Source: the human T2T-CHM13v2.0 reference genome, Homo sapiens
Length of the DNA: 64,000 nt
Assembly (NCBI GenBank): GCA_009914755.4
Contig: CP068257.2
Span: 18,336,001-18,400,000, forward strand
Reading direction: 5' to 3'
In this document: in pieces, positions 1 through 14,149 of the stretch
How positions within the stretch are numbered: position 1 is the stretch's first letter
How the letters are laid out: each line of letters starts with the position of its first letter
Translations under genes and position numbers: made by a program
The notes under the pieces: generated by a model
Databases searched by the model: none
Told to the model about the DNA's origin: nothing
What the model saw: the letters and a program-made list of their open reading frames with translations, nothing else

Positions 1-600
1 CTAATGATATATGATGTTGAAGATCTTTTCATATTCTTATTTTCCATCATATTCCTTCTTTGATGAGACATCTATTTGGGTCTTTTGTCCATTTATTAAC
101 ATCTTTGTTCCTGTTCTTGTTAAGTTTTAAAAGTTGCTTGTAGATTTTTGGAAAACAGTCGTTTATCAGATGAGTCTTTTGCAAATATTTTTTCCAGTCT
201 GTGGCTGGTCTTTTCATTTTCTTAACATTTCATTTCCTGAGCAGTTTTGATTTTAATTAAGTTCAGATTGTCAGTGATTTATTTTACAGATTGTGCCTCT
301 AATATTATATCTAAAAAGTCATTCCCATACCCCAGCTCATCTAGATTTTCTCTTATGTTATATTTCAGAAGTTTTACATTTTTGGTTTTACATTTAGATC
401 TATGTTCCATTTTGAGCTCATTTTTGTGAAGCGTTTCCAGATTATTATGTTTTTCATGTGGATGCCCAGTTGTGCCAGCACCACTTGTTGAAAAGATTAT
501 TTTTTCTTCATTGAATTATCTTTGCTCCTTTATCAAAGATGAGTTGACTATGTTTATGTGGGTCAGTTTATAGATTAATATTCTGTTCTATTGATGTAGT
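1..600 (-). mobile_element. LINE-1 (L1) ORF2-region fragment, antisense on the + strand
   Basis: The + strand shows the reverse complement of the conserved L1 ORF2 3' region (motifs like gtcttttgcaaatattttttccagtctgtggctggtcttttcattttcttaac). ORF-track ORFs here are short and spurious. Confidence 0.6.
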
Positions 601-608
601 TGCCTAAT

Positions 609-1237
609 AAAAAAAAGAGCCATCACAATATGGCACAATTTAGCCTTTACTTATGGGCACAGTTTGTGTTTTTGCAGAATGGACTCTCCATAGCAAAACT
701 TAAAGCGTTTTTTTTTTCTTTTGGCGGGTTGTTTTTGAGTTATTAAGTGTAGATATGGTGTGTTCATTAATAATGAACTAAATGACTCTCAGGTTTCCCC
801 GCCTCCTTGGGAATTGACACTTTTTGTGTAAACAATTTAAAAATGAACTGGGACAGGTGCAGTGGCTCATGCCTGTAATCCCAGCACTTTGAGAGGCCAA
901 GGTGGGAGGATTGCGTTAGTACAGAAGTTCGAGACTATCCAGGGCAAGAGTGTGTGAGACTTCATCTCCTCCAAAAATAAAAACACTATACTCCAGGAAA
1001 AAAAAAAAAAAGAAAAGAAAAAGGAAAAGAAAAAGAGAAAAAGAAAAAAAATATGAATGGCAAAAGACCCAGAGTAGCCAACTTATTACTGAAGGAGAGC
1101 AAAGTTCTACTAGAATTTAAGACTTACTGTAAAACCACAATATTTAAGACAATGTGGAATTAGTAAAAGAATAGGCTATCTGTCCATGGCCATAAATAGA
1201 GGCTAAATTGTGCCACAGTGTAATGGCTCTTTTTTTA
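609..1237. mobile_element. Non-autonomous DNA-transposon/MITE-like element bounded by ~50-bp terminal inverted repeats, with a nested Alu monomer
   Basis: 609-659 (aaaaaaaagagccatcacaatatggcacaatttagcctttacttatgggc) is the near-perfect reverse complement of 1187-1237 (ggccataaatagaggctaaattgtgccacagtgtaatggctcttttttt). Family not recognised. Confidence 0.45.
850..1060 (+). mobile_element. Alu left-monomer-like element (FLAM/partial Alu) with A/GA-rich tail, nested inside the TIR element
   Basis: gggacaggtgcagtggctcatgcctgtaatcccagcactttgagaggccaaggtgggaggattgc... is an Alu 5' half, followed by a (GAAAA)-rich tail at 998-1050. Confidence 0.6.
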
Positions 1238-2499
1238 TTAAAATTTCTTCGATATTATAGCAAGGATGTTGCAAAGGATAAATAATGCTAAATTTTAATT
1301 TCTTTTTTTAATACTTCAAATTAGTAGTGGCAATATTTATTCAATTCAAATTATCTTTGCTTCTCAAGCTATAAATATATATTCAAGATAACCTTGTACT
1401 GAAGAGGTAACTCAAGTAACTTATACTTTTTCCACTTTACAAGTCCCCTTTCTTGGTTATAACTATTTTTAGGAGCTATTTTATTTGAGGACTTCATAAA
1501 AGTAATGTTTCTGTGAATGACTAATGAGAAATTAAAATGCTGGATACTCATGCTCTTTTATCACTATGACTCATGTAGTTAATAAAAACTGTCTTATTTT
1601 ATTTTATTGCAAACATAATGCCATCCACACAGTACTTAAGTCAATATGATTTCAATGACATCTCAAAAAAATAAAAGTCAAAGGAAACAAATATACCATA
1701 AAATACTTCTCAGAGTTTCTCATAAGTGAAAATAGAACTTCATCAATAATTGAATCAATCTTTGTTATTAAATTCAACTAAAGAATCTGTTGCATACTCC
1801 TAACTATAGCTCTTTAATAAACAATAATTTTCAATGCTTTTAGAATTGCTGAGATATCTTTTTTCCATGGTTGTTTAAAATTCACTTGGTTTAATAGTTG
1901 TTTAGCTCTTATAATATGCCAGGTACAGTTCTAAATTCTTTACAAGTACTGTCTAATCACTTAAAATAAATTCAATTTTTATATAAATGAGAAAAATAAG
2001 AACAAAATCAATTAAGTAACTTATCTACATAGTAGATCCAGGTTTCAATATCTTGATAGTCTACCTCTGACTTAAAGGAGAAATCTTTTATTTGTATACC
2101 TAAGTAAGCAACACCCCCATTGTGAACAGACTAGCCCATCTATTTGTATGCAAACTAAATCATTTCCAGTGACTTCATTTATCATAAGTTACTATGGTCT
2201 CAATAAAGTTTCCTAACTCTAATCACAGTATCTAGAAGACACTTACAATATTGTCTTACATAATTTCATTACCCTCTATTAGATATCTCTTCTTTGATTC
2301 TCTCTAAGGCTATGTGAATTTGGTGCTTTTATTTAGCTTTGATCCATATTGTTCAATGGCCCTTCTTCACCATGGGGTAATATGAATAGGATAAATGTAT
2401 CCACGAATAGGAAAAAAATATATTGTCTTTATTCCTCTAGATGTTGCCCCTAATTTGGTGTATCACAGCAATACCCAAAGATTAAGATGCAAAGTCTAG

Positions 2500-2755
2500 G
2501 GCAGGAGTGTCCAATCTTTTGGCTTCCATGGGCCACATTGAAGTAGAATTGTCTTAGGCCACACATAAAATACACTAACATTCCTAATGATAGCTGATGA
2601 GCTAAAAAAAAAAAAAAAAAAAATTGTGAAAAAAATTGCAAAAAAAACACCTCATAATGTTTTAAGAAAGTTCAAGAATTTGTGTAGGGTCACATTCAAA
2701 GCCATCCCGGGCTACATGTAGCCTGTGAACCACAGGTTGGACAGGCTTGGTCTAG
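2500..2755. mobile_element. Palindromic MITE-like DNA-transposon relic with internal poly(A)
   Basis: The ends are imperfect inverted repeats (ggcaggagtgtccaatcttttggcttccatgggccacattg ... ggctacatgtagcctgtgaaccacaggttggacaggcttg). An internal A-run lies at 2599-2650. It resembles a common mammalian MER-type element; the name is not certain. Confidence 0.4.
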
Positions 2756-5700
2756 GGTCAGGAATGCAACCCTCCTGGGGTAACTGCATATTTGCTGCTT
2801 CACCTCCTGAGGTCTATAACCTCCACTGCCCAAATACTATAAAACAGCAATTCCACTTACCTTTTATTTCTTATCTCTATTTTCCTGTTTCACATTTTTT
2901 CTCCATAGATCTTATCAAGAAGTAACATATTACATATATTTCATTGTTTATTTCCATTGTTCTATGAGTTAATCTAGCTTCTCTGAGATGCAGACAAGAT
3001 GAAATTACTCATGCAAGAGACCTGCCGGGGACAATGTCTTGGAGGGATAACAGAAGGGAACTGGGGGAGTCTGAAAAGTTGTCAGACCTTGATGCCAGTT
3101 GGCCCTGGGCAAAGGATAAAAAGAACAAAGTAAAGGATGAAGCAACTTAGCCTGCTATATAGACCTAAGAGACTTGACAAGGCTATTGTAAAGTTCTTGC
3201 ATCAAAATGTCCCATCAAAGAAGAACCATATCACCCTCCTGAATGAGATCACCTTTAACACCCTTGCCTTATTCAATCGTTGGCACAGAGAAACAACAGA
3301 AAGCATTCCCTTGGCACAAATGACTAATTTTAGAGCATAATATCTGTAATTGGCAGTTAATTACATCCCTCACAAATGGAGATCTGACAGGCATGCATCA
3401 ATTCTGTCTCTACCTATTGAAGTACAGGGGCTTCTTTATTCATTGAACTATGCTAAACACCTACAAGAGTACATGGATCACAGTAATAATCAACAAATGT
3501 ATTAGAATAAATGAATTGTCTCTGGCAAAAAAAGATGTTTGTATTTTCTCTAATGTCTTCTTGGAAATTAGTCTTCTTCCAAGAGCTACTGGTCATCTGG
3601 AATTATAGACTACCTTGGGGGATGTCTGAATCTTCTTGAAAACTTCACAATAGGGCAAGAAAAATTTTTTTAAAGGAGCTATTTGACCAGAAACCAGAGA
3701 AGTGTCCTTGCAGAACACAAATTATCCCTAACACCAGTCACTGAAAAGTAATTACACGGGGTTTCAATGGCAACTGAAACAAGATGAGTGCTGATGAGTT
3801 TCAGAATGGAATGTGAGCAATCTAGAGTTCAGAATCCTTGTGGTGTCTATGTTCTACCTCATTAAACATAGCCAGAGTTTCAAACAGTTGTATTATCAAA
3901 GTGCAATGTGCTCTATTATTTAAGAATATACAATTCTGCTAAAGATGATGAAAAATAGTAGAATGGGTAAAAATCATAGGATGTATTAAGCATACAGAGT
4001 GAGCAAGCAAATAGCTTATGAGACAAAGGAAGAATCCATAAAATTGTTACGAATAAAATATAAGTTAGCAAAGTATAATATAAAGTAAAAGATAAATAGA
4101 ATAAATGGTGTAGATAAAGGCAAAAGCAAGAGTTCTATTATGGATAGAAAGGGATGGAAGGAACCAGTAAATCTAAAATATTAATAAGCACAAATCATAC
4201 CCCCTTCAGTTTGACAGTGAAATTATCCCTAAATCACTCACCCATTGGTGACATTTATTATGATCCAATGTGGAACTCCTGTGTGCTCTACTGCAGAAAT
4301 GTGGTTAATAAGCATGGCTGCTCTGCAAATCACAGGCAAGGTATATTTACTGAACAGGCATACTGGCTGCACATCCTTCCAATAGAGCTAGTATACTTGG
4401 CTCCAGGCATCCTCTTTGTGCTGAATCCCCTTGCTCAAATCTCACCTTTGATTCTCATAACCACATTATCAACAGAGAAGGATGTTGTGGCAGAGAGAGA
4501 GTAAGAGACACAGGACATATGAATATTGTGTAACTCAGGGTACATTGTGGTCATTCCACCCAACATGTGCCCTATTCTAACTGTGTTAACCTATCCCATT
4601 TCTTTGCTATTGATTTATATTATTCTTTAAATTGATTCAGTAGACAATGTAATTCAAAATCTTAAGGAGATGTGTGTGACTTTCAACTCCAGGAGCTCCG
4701 TGATAGCTTGCCTCATATTTTCCTGAAGATTACCATTGCAAAATGGTGATTTTCCACCTGACACAACTTGTTCTCATTCAAAAAATTTCTCTGTAAAGTA
4801 TTACAGGTAACAGAATAACTGGAGCCAGAATTCCTCTTAGTAAGGAAACTTATGTTAGAGGAAAATAGTTGCTTAGAATAGAATGTTTAATGTAGAATCT
4901 CGTTAAATGTGGGCTTCTCTATGGCAGTTAATGGAAAGAGCTGGACACATAAGAGATGCAGCAAATTCTTTGAAAGAAAAAACCAATTCAGTAAAGAAAA
5001 TGTGATACTTACTTTAAGGGATTTCTACAGAACTATAAAGACCTAATCCTACCCAACCCAGAAGAATTAAATCTTAGGGAAGCAAAATGATGTTCATTGG
5101 AAATGGAATATAGATTCAAACTTAACTAGAGTTTAGTGACACAAAACCTTGAAGTGCTTTCAGGATTACATAAATTTCTGGTTAAAATTTAAATCTTTCA
5201 TCTGATGGAGTAGCTCATTAACTTCCAGGGAGAAGGGAAAATTATATGAAGTAGCTTACAAGATAGAGGTTCTTGGCCCAGCAAAGGTTGATAACAGTGG
5301 AGAGTGTGCTAAAGTTTTGCAGAGTTATTGATTTCCTCAGCAGACAGGTGAACTGAGTTGGGCCTATGTGACCCAGAGCTCTTTGTTCTGGCAACTCAGG
5401 CTATGAGCAACCTTTGACACATCAATTTTTGTCACGGATTATTATGTTTTCTGTGTGAGCCATGATATGAAATTGCTGGGAATCAATAATTTATGATAAT
5501 ACATTGAAAGTATCCTGAGCAATGGGGAATCCACGTGGAGTAAAGCACCAGGCTGTGGGGAATCCTCAGAGGTCATCATATTTCTTTACAACGTCCCCAA
5601 AGTGATAACTGGCAATATTTCACTTACAGTTGATAATAACTTTTAGAGGTGGATACTATTATATTGCTTATTTTATAGATGGACTAACAGAGGTCATTCA

Positions 5701-6273
5701 AAGACCTCTGCTGAATAACCTTTCATCTTTATAGAGGCAGCCAAACCACAATTTTTACAGGGGTAAAATGCACCCAGACAAAGGATTAGATTTTCTGAGA
5801 ATCAGTTGTGAAGACAGGTGATTGAATTTTCCAAAGATGACAAACAGTATCTCCTACAAAATATGATTTTCTGGAAATATGCCACTACTCCTCTTTAATC
5901 TGCAAAGGTTTATGTATGCGTGCAGGAAGAGGCTGCATTCAAATTATACCGTGTGATGTTCAAGTCTAGGTTAGCAAAGAACTCAGCTTCTGTGCTTTAT
6001 GTTGGATGTTTACTCCTAAGACACATCAATGAGGATGACTTCAGACTATTTCAGCCTACATCCGTCAAGTTACTCCTAGCTTTTCAGTCTGTCTAGCTGA
6101 GGCATTAATCATTTTGGAGTAGAGACAAGCCATTATTTCCACATCCTTTCTAAATTCCTGCAAACATAACAAAATGGTAGTTCTTTTATTCTACAAAGTT
6201 TGAGGTGATTAATCAGTGATAATAAATGGAGCAGAAGCTAACTATAGTCAAGTGAATAAGTTTGGGCCAATGA

Positions 6274-6640
<367 letters not shown>

Positions 6641-8528
6641 GGAAGTTTCTTTAAGGAAACAAATGGCTAAACTAGGTTATAGTCCCTGTCCTTCCCTTTT
6701 CTACCTTTATGCACCCTGAAATGAAGATGTAACCATCATTATTAGAGCTCCAGTTCCCATCATATAGCATTGAGGATGGAAACCTGAAGATGGCAGTAGA
6801 GATAGACATATAGGAGACTAAATTTTTGTTGACTTAATCAAGTCTTCCTAGAAATTCAGAATCGTTGGCCATTAGAATTAATCTTCGTGAGAGAAAAGTA
6901 GCCAGTATTTAAGACACTGTTATATTGGATTTTCTTGTGTGTGCTGCCAATCTTAGAAATAGTTTTTTGCATTTTAAATAAACCAAGTCACTTGCCCAAG
7001 TTAATTAGTAAAAAGCAAGGATTTGCACTCCAGTGGTCTGTCTTCAGGACCTTCAGTTTAATTACAGCATACTGCCCTGGAGGCAAAAGTGCACTTGTCA
7101 TGAATGTGAAATATTATAATGCTTTTTAAAACATCAAAAATAAAATCTATCATAATGGTAGAATTTTAAAGATATAGAGGATATAAAATATTTTATCATG
7201 GAGAAACTCTGCAGCAATTAGACTCTCTGCCACCTGCTCTTGCCATCGTCATCATCAGTCACAGAAGTAAATCTTTAATACCTGTGAAAATTTATATTAG
7301 ACTAAATATTTTTGTTATTCTATCCCATGGGTATTCAGTAAAATTGTTTTACATATTGATTTAATATTATATGTATGTAAAATCTTATAATTTATTGAAA
7401 GAAATGGTATATATTGGGGTCAAGTTTGTCCTGTTTTTTTATGGATTCAAATTCATTAAATATAGTACAGTCATATAAACAAAAAATCCTGGTTGTAAAA
7501 CCAAATTCTAAAATGAGAAACTTTTTTACGGCCCTAGGTTACAAATAATTAAGGAAACATCCAATTCGGTATAAGTGAAAAATTCATTCTTTCTGATTTT
7601 CTGTGCACTTGCACATTTGTAACTCGCTAGTTTCATTTGCAGCAGAGATATTGAAAACACATTTCAAGAGCTCCTACTGATTTGAGAAATTTATTGTACC
7701 TTAAGGGCTGTCAGAAGAAATTTGCAAATTACTACTCCAAATTATTTCAACAAGAAAACATACTGATATGTTCAGGTAATGGAAAGGGGAAAAAAGATTA
7801 ACGTAAGTGTCATAAGAAAGCTATTGTGCTGCATAAATCACAGGTAGTCAAATATGTTGTGTAAAAAGGATGCTGTGCTAAAATGCAAGAAAGAATATAT
7901 ATTATACTTTGTTTCTCATTCAACTCAGAGTACTCCTTTGATTTCGATGTTAAAATACACACTTCCACATTTTTCCATACCAAGAGTAGGGATTTAAGCC
8001 ATTTCTTTCTTCCTTAAAATACTATTTGGTGAATCAAAACCTGTTGGCTTCCATCTACGAACATATAGATATATTTCGATATACATGAAAAAATTTAGTT
8101 GAAATATTTGAAGATTCAGCAAACCCAGACAAATCAATTAAAGTAGGCATCATGTTTAATCACTAATAGTGGGATTAAATTTAGTTGTATTTTAAAGAAA
8201 TGGATCCTGTGACTAATGCTTTCTTTATAAATTTTATTGAAACAATATACTTAATTTAACCATCAATATAGTCACAGATATAATGTACTCTTCAATACAA
8301 ACAATGGAGAAAAGCATTTTTAAAGTATTTTAAAAGCTGGGATCTATTAATGGAGGAACATTGCTTTTTTAGGGAAACACCCGATAGCCTATCAAAGTGT
8401 GGAAAAAAATTGGACCTAGGCAATATGTGAATGGAAACAGCAAGCACAGAGTATTTTCTTCAGAGCTGAACTGCTTTGTTTAGGAAAATGGAAGCTTTCT
8501 GTATTAGTCAGGGTTCCCTAGAGAGACA

Positions 8529-8538
8529 GATCTAATAG

Positions 8539-8581
<43 letters not shown>

Positions 8582-8625
8582 GCATGCATACATACATACA
8601 TACATACATAGATAAATAGATGAGA
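8529..8625. repeat. Compound tetranucleotide microsatellite (GATA)n followed by (CATA/TACA)n
   Basis: gatagatagatagata... then catacatacatacatacata, read directly from the sequence. Confidence 0.95.
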
Positions 8626-8992
8626 GATATAAAGGAGTTTATTAAGCATTAACTTACACAATCACAAGGCCCCACAATAGTCTGTCTGCAAGCTTGAGGA
8701 GCAAAGAGAGCCAGTTTGAGTCTTGAGACTGAAGACCTTGGAGTCTGATGTTGGAGGGCAGGAAGCATCCAGCATGGGAGAAAGATGTAGACTGGGAGGC
8801 TAGGCCAGTCTCACCATTTCAAGTTTTTCTGCCTTCTTTATATTCGCTGGCAGCTGATTAGATTGTGCCCTCCAGATTAAGGGTGGGTCTGCCTTCCCCA
8901 CCCCACTGACTCAAATGTTAATCTCCTTTGGCAACATCCTCAAAGACACACCAAGGAGCAATACTTTGCATCCTTCAATCCAATCAAGTTGA

Positions 8993-9335
<343 letters not shown>

Positions 9336-9922
9336 TGCCCTATTTAGTTTATTTTTCAAAAGAATTTTTTTAGGGGAAATCACACTGGTAGTGGAGGTAA
9401 TTTGTTTTTGCAGAAAGAAGTGATAATGTTGTGGGAGGATAAAAATAGTGGATTGAAAATGATTGTAGAGCATCAAAACACCCAATTTTATGTTATATTT
9501 TCTGTTGTGTTGTAATTAAAATTTTCATTATCTGTGACTTCAGTAAAGCTTCTACAGAACAAAACCTTATCACCTTATTTACTGTATGGTGCAAGATGAA
9601 GTATGTGCTTATTAACCCTCTATGTAGTTTTAAAGAATGTGAGGAAAGTGACTGAGCTCCATATGCAAATAGAAGCAAGGAGCAAGACATCAGTGAAATT
9701 GGACAGAAAGAAAAAACACAGATTTTGGGATGATTTAAACAGCTTAGAGCTATCCTCCAACCATCACTATGACTACCAAGTCTTTCAGGGATTAGCAGGG
9801 ATGCGGTGCTATAATCTGGAATAAAACAATACTAAACATCAAATAATATTTGAGTCATGTAAATTTCAAAGGTTGTATTGTTGATACAGAAACACCTGCT
9901 AGTGGAAATATTGTCAAAACTT

Positions 9923-9970
9923 TGTGTGTGTGTGTGTGTGCGCATGTGGTGTGTGTCTATGTGTGTGTGT
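9923..9970. repeat. (GT)n dinucleotide microsatellite, interrupted
   Basis: tgtgtgtgtgtgtgtgtgtgcgcatgtggtgtgtgtctatgtgtgtgtgt. Confidence 0.95.
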
Positions 9971-11431
9971 AACAAAACAACATTGAACTTTGGCAAATAG
10001 ACTTGCTTAATCCAAAAAATATATTTTAAGAAAATAATACACTGCATTAACCTTGCACATGTAAAGTGATTGTCTGCATTCCTTAATTTTTCCCAAGCAT
10101 TGTTTTCCATAAATGCAAATAAAACACTAAATCATTTTTTCCAATTGAGAATGGTAATGAAAGGATATAATATGTTTTATTATTCTAATATATTTAAATT
10201 AGGTATTTTGTTTTGGTAGTGCCTGACATCATATGTGTACCAATTTAAACGAATTATGTAGTAAGATCTTAGTGCGGCAGATAAGCTAGATAATTAAATG
10301 ATCTATTCATCTGTTTATAGGTTTATCTGTCTGAAACACAAAACTAACTCGAGAAGAGTTTCAGTAGTGGTCGTGAGATAATATTTGCACTAGATGAAAG
10401 TTGCTCACATCTTGTTCTCAGTGCAATCCTTAAGCAAAAGAATTCTGGCAAGAAAATATCCATTAAATAAACAATCTGTGTTTTTAAAATTTAATTACAA
10501 TGACAACAAAAAGCATACTTTTAGAAATAAGTCCAAAATATATGATTCCTAATTTAATGTAATTAATACTATTGTTACAATACATAAAATAAATATATTG
10601 AATACATTTTAAAGGCAGAACTAAAGGGCACATAGAAGCACACTTTCATTTCTAAAAAAAATCTTTAATAACATTGTGTAATAAAGCTTATTATTCTTGA
10701 GGAAATATATTTTGGTCTTGGGGTAGGGTTTTGTTTCTAGGAACTAATGCATATTTTACTTGAGACAATTTTTGCCAGTTTTAACTGAAATTTAAGATTA
10801 CTTCCTATCCCCAAATTGTTAGTTTGCATTAACAAGCTTCCATAGACAAGGCACACTGATTAAAAAAAAAAAAAGCTGGTGATATTTAGCCTGTAGCTTA
10901 CTAAAATTATCAAGCTTATAAAAGATATGTCACTATGTTAATTAGTTAGAATAATACAGAGCAAATTACTGTAAACACACTATCAGATGGTATTATGAAT
11001 AAGTGTTCTTGAAAGTCACTTTTATATGTAGAATTACAGAAATGACCTGCGGAGTAGGGGAGATCTAGATGGGCCATAGATAAGTTTTATAGTGATTGTA
11101 TAAGGAGCGTGATGTAAATTCCACATGAATAGAATATTATGATAAAGAAAACAGTTAAGAGTTTTGCAGCATGGGAGAAATGAGATTTGGGTCCAGTTTT
11201 GGCCTAGCAACTAACAAGATATATGTATACTCAGCAAATTAATTAAACTTTTTGAACTTTAGTATCTTTACTTTTATGCAATCTGTTTGATCTTCTAATA
11301 ACTGTATATAAGAAAAGTCACATTTCCTTATTTATCCAAATAAAATTATAATAAAATTTGAGTCTCTCTTACCTACCAGTTTGGTCAAACATCTAAAATA
11401 TCTACTCTTAGGTGTTTTATTGGTTTTTTGT

Positions 11432-11777
<346 letters not shown>

Positions 11778-13263
11778 TGATAGATATAATTTCTTCTTCT
11801 ATCCTTATTGATACACCATACCAGTTAAGTTATTTAAACCCTTAAGGCTTAGTAATATGATCTGCAAAATGAAGATTATAATAGCTATCTCCTGGGTTTT
11901 TTGAGACTTCTAATATGAAAAGTGAAAATGAACTGATTATTGTAGTATCTATTTTATGGCAAATGTCCAATTTAGTTTAATTAAATTTTTGAAGAGTAAG
12001 GTTTTTATGATATCATTTCAATAGGAATAGAGAATAGTTCTAATTTATTCTTAACTTGAAGTTTTGAAAAAAAAATCACTTAAAGTCCTCTTTAAGATAA
12101 TTATTCCCTTTGTTAAGGAGATTGGTTTTATTTTAATATAAAATACAATATTGGATCCTTCATTTTCTTTCGAAAGCCAAAAAAATAGTTGTGCTAACAT
12201 TACCTCAAATACATTTCTTTGTCTATAGATTATTCAAATGTGGAATATCTTTGTCAATCCAAAAAAAAAGATATTAAATAGATTGTTCTGCTTTACATTT
12301 TATTGTTTTCAATATTGTTTTAGTTAAATGGCCTTTGACTTGTGCTCATAAAACTTTTTAAAGCAAGACATTTATTTTTTGTTGATTTGCTGTCATAAAC
12401 CAAAAGTTTGACGAAGCTGCTAAAAGATTTATATAGTATATAGTTAAAGCATTCTAGAAAGACTCACAGAAACACAAAGATCTCCTTTGATAAGAGAAAC
12501 AATAAAATTACTCCATTCCGCATTCTATCACCCTTTCCGGGTCTTGTTCAAGGTAGTTCTGGTCATTGACTCACGAATTGAGTGGTTTTAGATAAAGCTG
12601 TCCTTGGTCATAAACTCTCTCAAAAAGTAATAAAGGGGGGATTTCTCTTATAGGGCATAGTGTATCTTATTTTGAGATGAAATGATGTGCAATGACCACT
12701 GACAGTCTTTTGAGTTGTGTTAAAAAAGAATAACAAAAGGCAGCTGGTTGAGGAAAAGGATAAGAATATATTAGAAAAGGATAAGTATATATTGGAAGAG
12801 AGATCCAGAGGAAAGCAGAAAACTGCACACTTCATTGCTGCAGAACACACAAAAAAGTATAGGAGCTGATGAAGAATCAGAGAGCATATGTAGGTGTGGA
12901 TGTTTAAAAAAATAGCAGTAGAGTCTTTGACACTCCTCCTGGTTAGTGTTAGGGTATATGCTTCCTCCCATTGAATCTGGGCAGACTTTTAACTGCTGTG
13001 ACTGTAATCGAGTATGGCAGAAGTGATACTAAGGCATGTCTGATGTTTTCATAGGCTGTGACAGTTGCACAGACTTTCTGTGATTTTGATGATTTTGACA
13101 TTTAAGAAGTACTGGTCAGGCAGCTTTAGAATGTCCCTCACTTGTGACCTGTCTCATATTTTTGTCATGATCAGATTAGTGTTACGGAATTTTAGGCAGA
13201 AAACCATGGAGGTAAAGTGCCATTCTCATCATGGATATTGAGGATGCACAAATATATTATTAG

Positions 13264-13549
<286 letters not shown>

Positions 13550-14149
13550 ATGTCATTACTGTTAATTTTTAACTTGATTACCCTGCTGAAGTGTTTGTCT
13601 GGATTATCCACCATTAACTTACTCTTTCCAGATTCCCTTTTGATACTATACTCCTTGAAAGAAAGTCACCGTATACAGCCCCCTTCAACAAGTGTGTGTT
13701 GGCGGGTTATATTCCACCAGATTCAGGGTAAAGATTCTACATAAATTATTTGAAACTCAACATAATTTTTTTCTATTTCTCCTCATTTATTTTTATCCAA
13801 TCATTTATTTATATTAGTATGGATTGATGAATATACTTTGAGCTGTTATCCAATAGTACTTTATTTTGTTCCTCAAACTGTCCCAGCTTTGGCCATTGTT
13901 ATCGTTTGGTTGTTTTTAGTACTTTTTTACTTTGTGGAACAGAAAGAACCTCTGGGCTTATATTATATGTTTTGTGCCCCAATTCTAGAACTAGCTATTT
14001 TTCCAAGGGACTCTATCTTCTTTTATTGGAGAATGGTATTAGAAACCAAGACCATGGTGCTAGTTATAATCATTTTTAATGGGGTCCCTTCGTTAGCTGA
14101 CAGGGTAAAGAAATATACAGGTAAATTCTAACCTGTATTTAGGTAGCTA

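Noticed and set aside
4154-4504. 116-aa + strand ORF in unique sequence as a candidate small protein gene
   Set aside because: No start-context, splice or conservation support is available. The composition is typical of random AT-rich sequence and the peptide has no recognisable domain. ORFs of this length are expected by chance in 64 kb.
8529-8625. Regularly spaced short repeats that might be mistaken for a CRISPR-like array (also 16676-16714, 59211-59272, 26086-26208)
   Set aside because: These are eukaryotic tetranucleotide microsatellites or a 41-bp minisatellite with no unique spacers. The sequence context is primate nuclear DNA.
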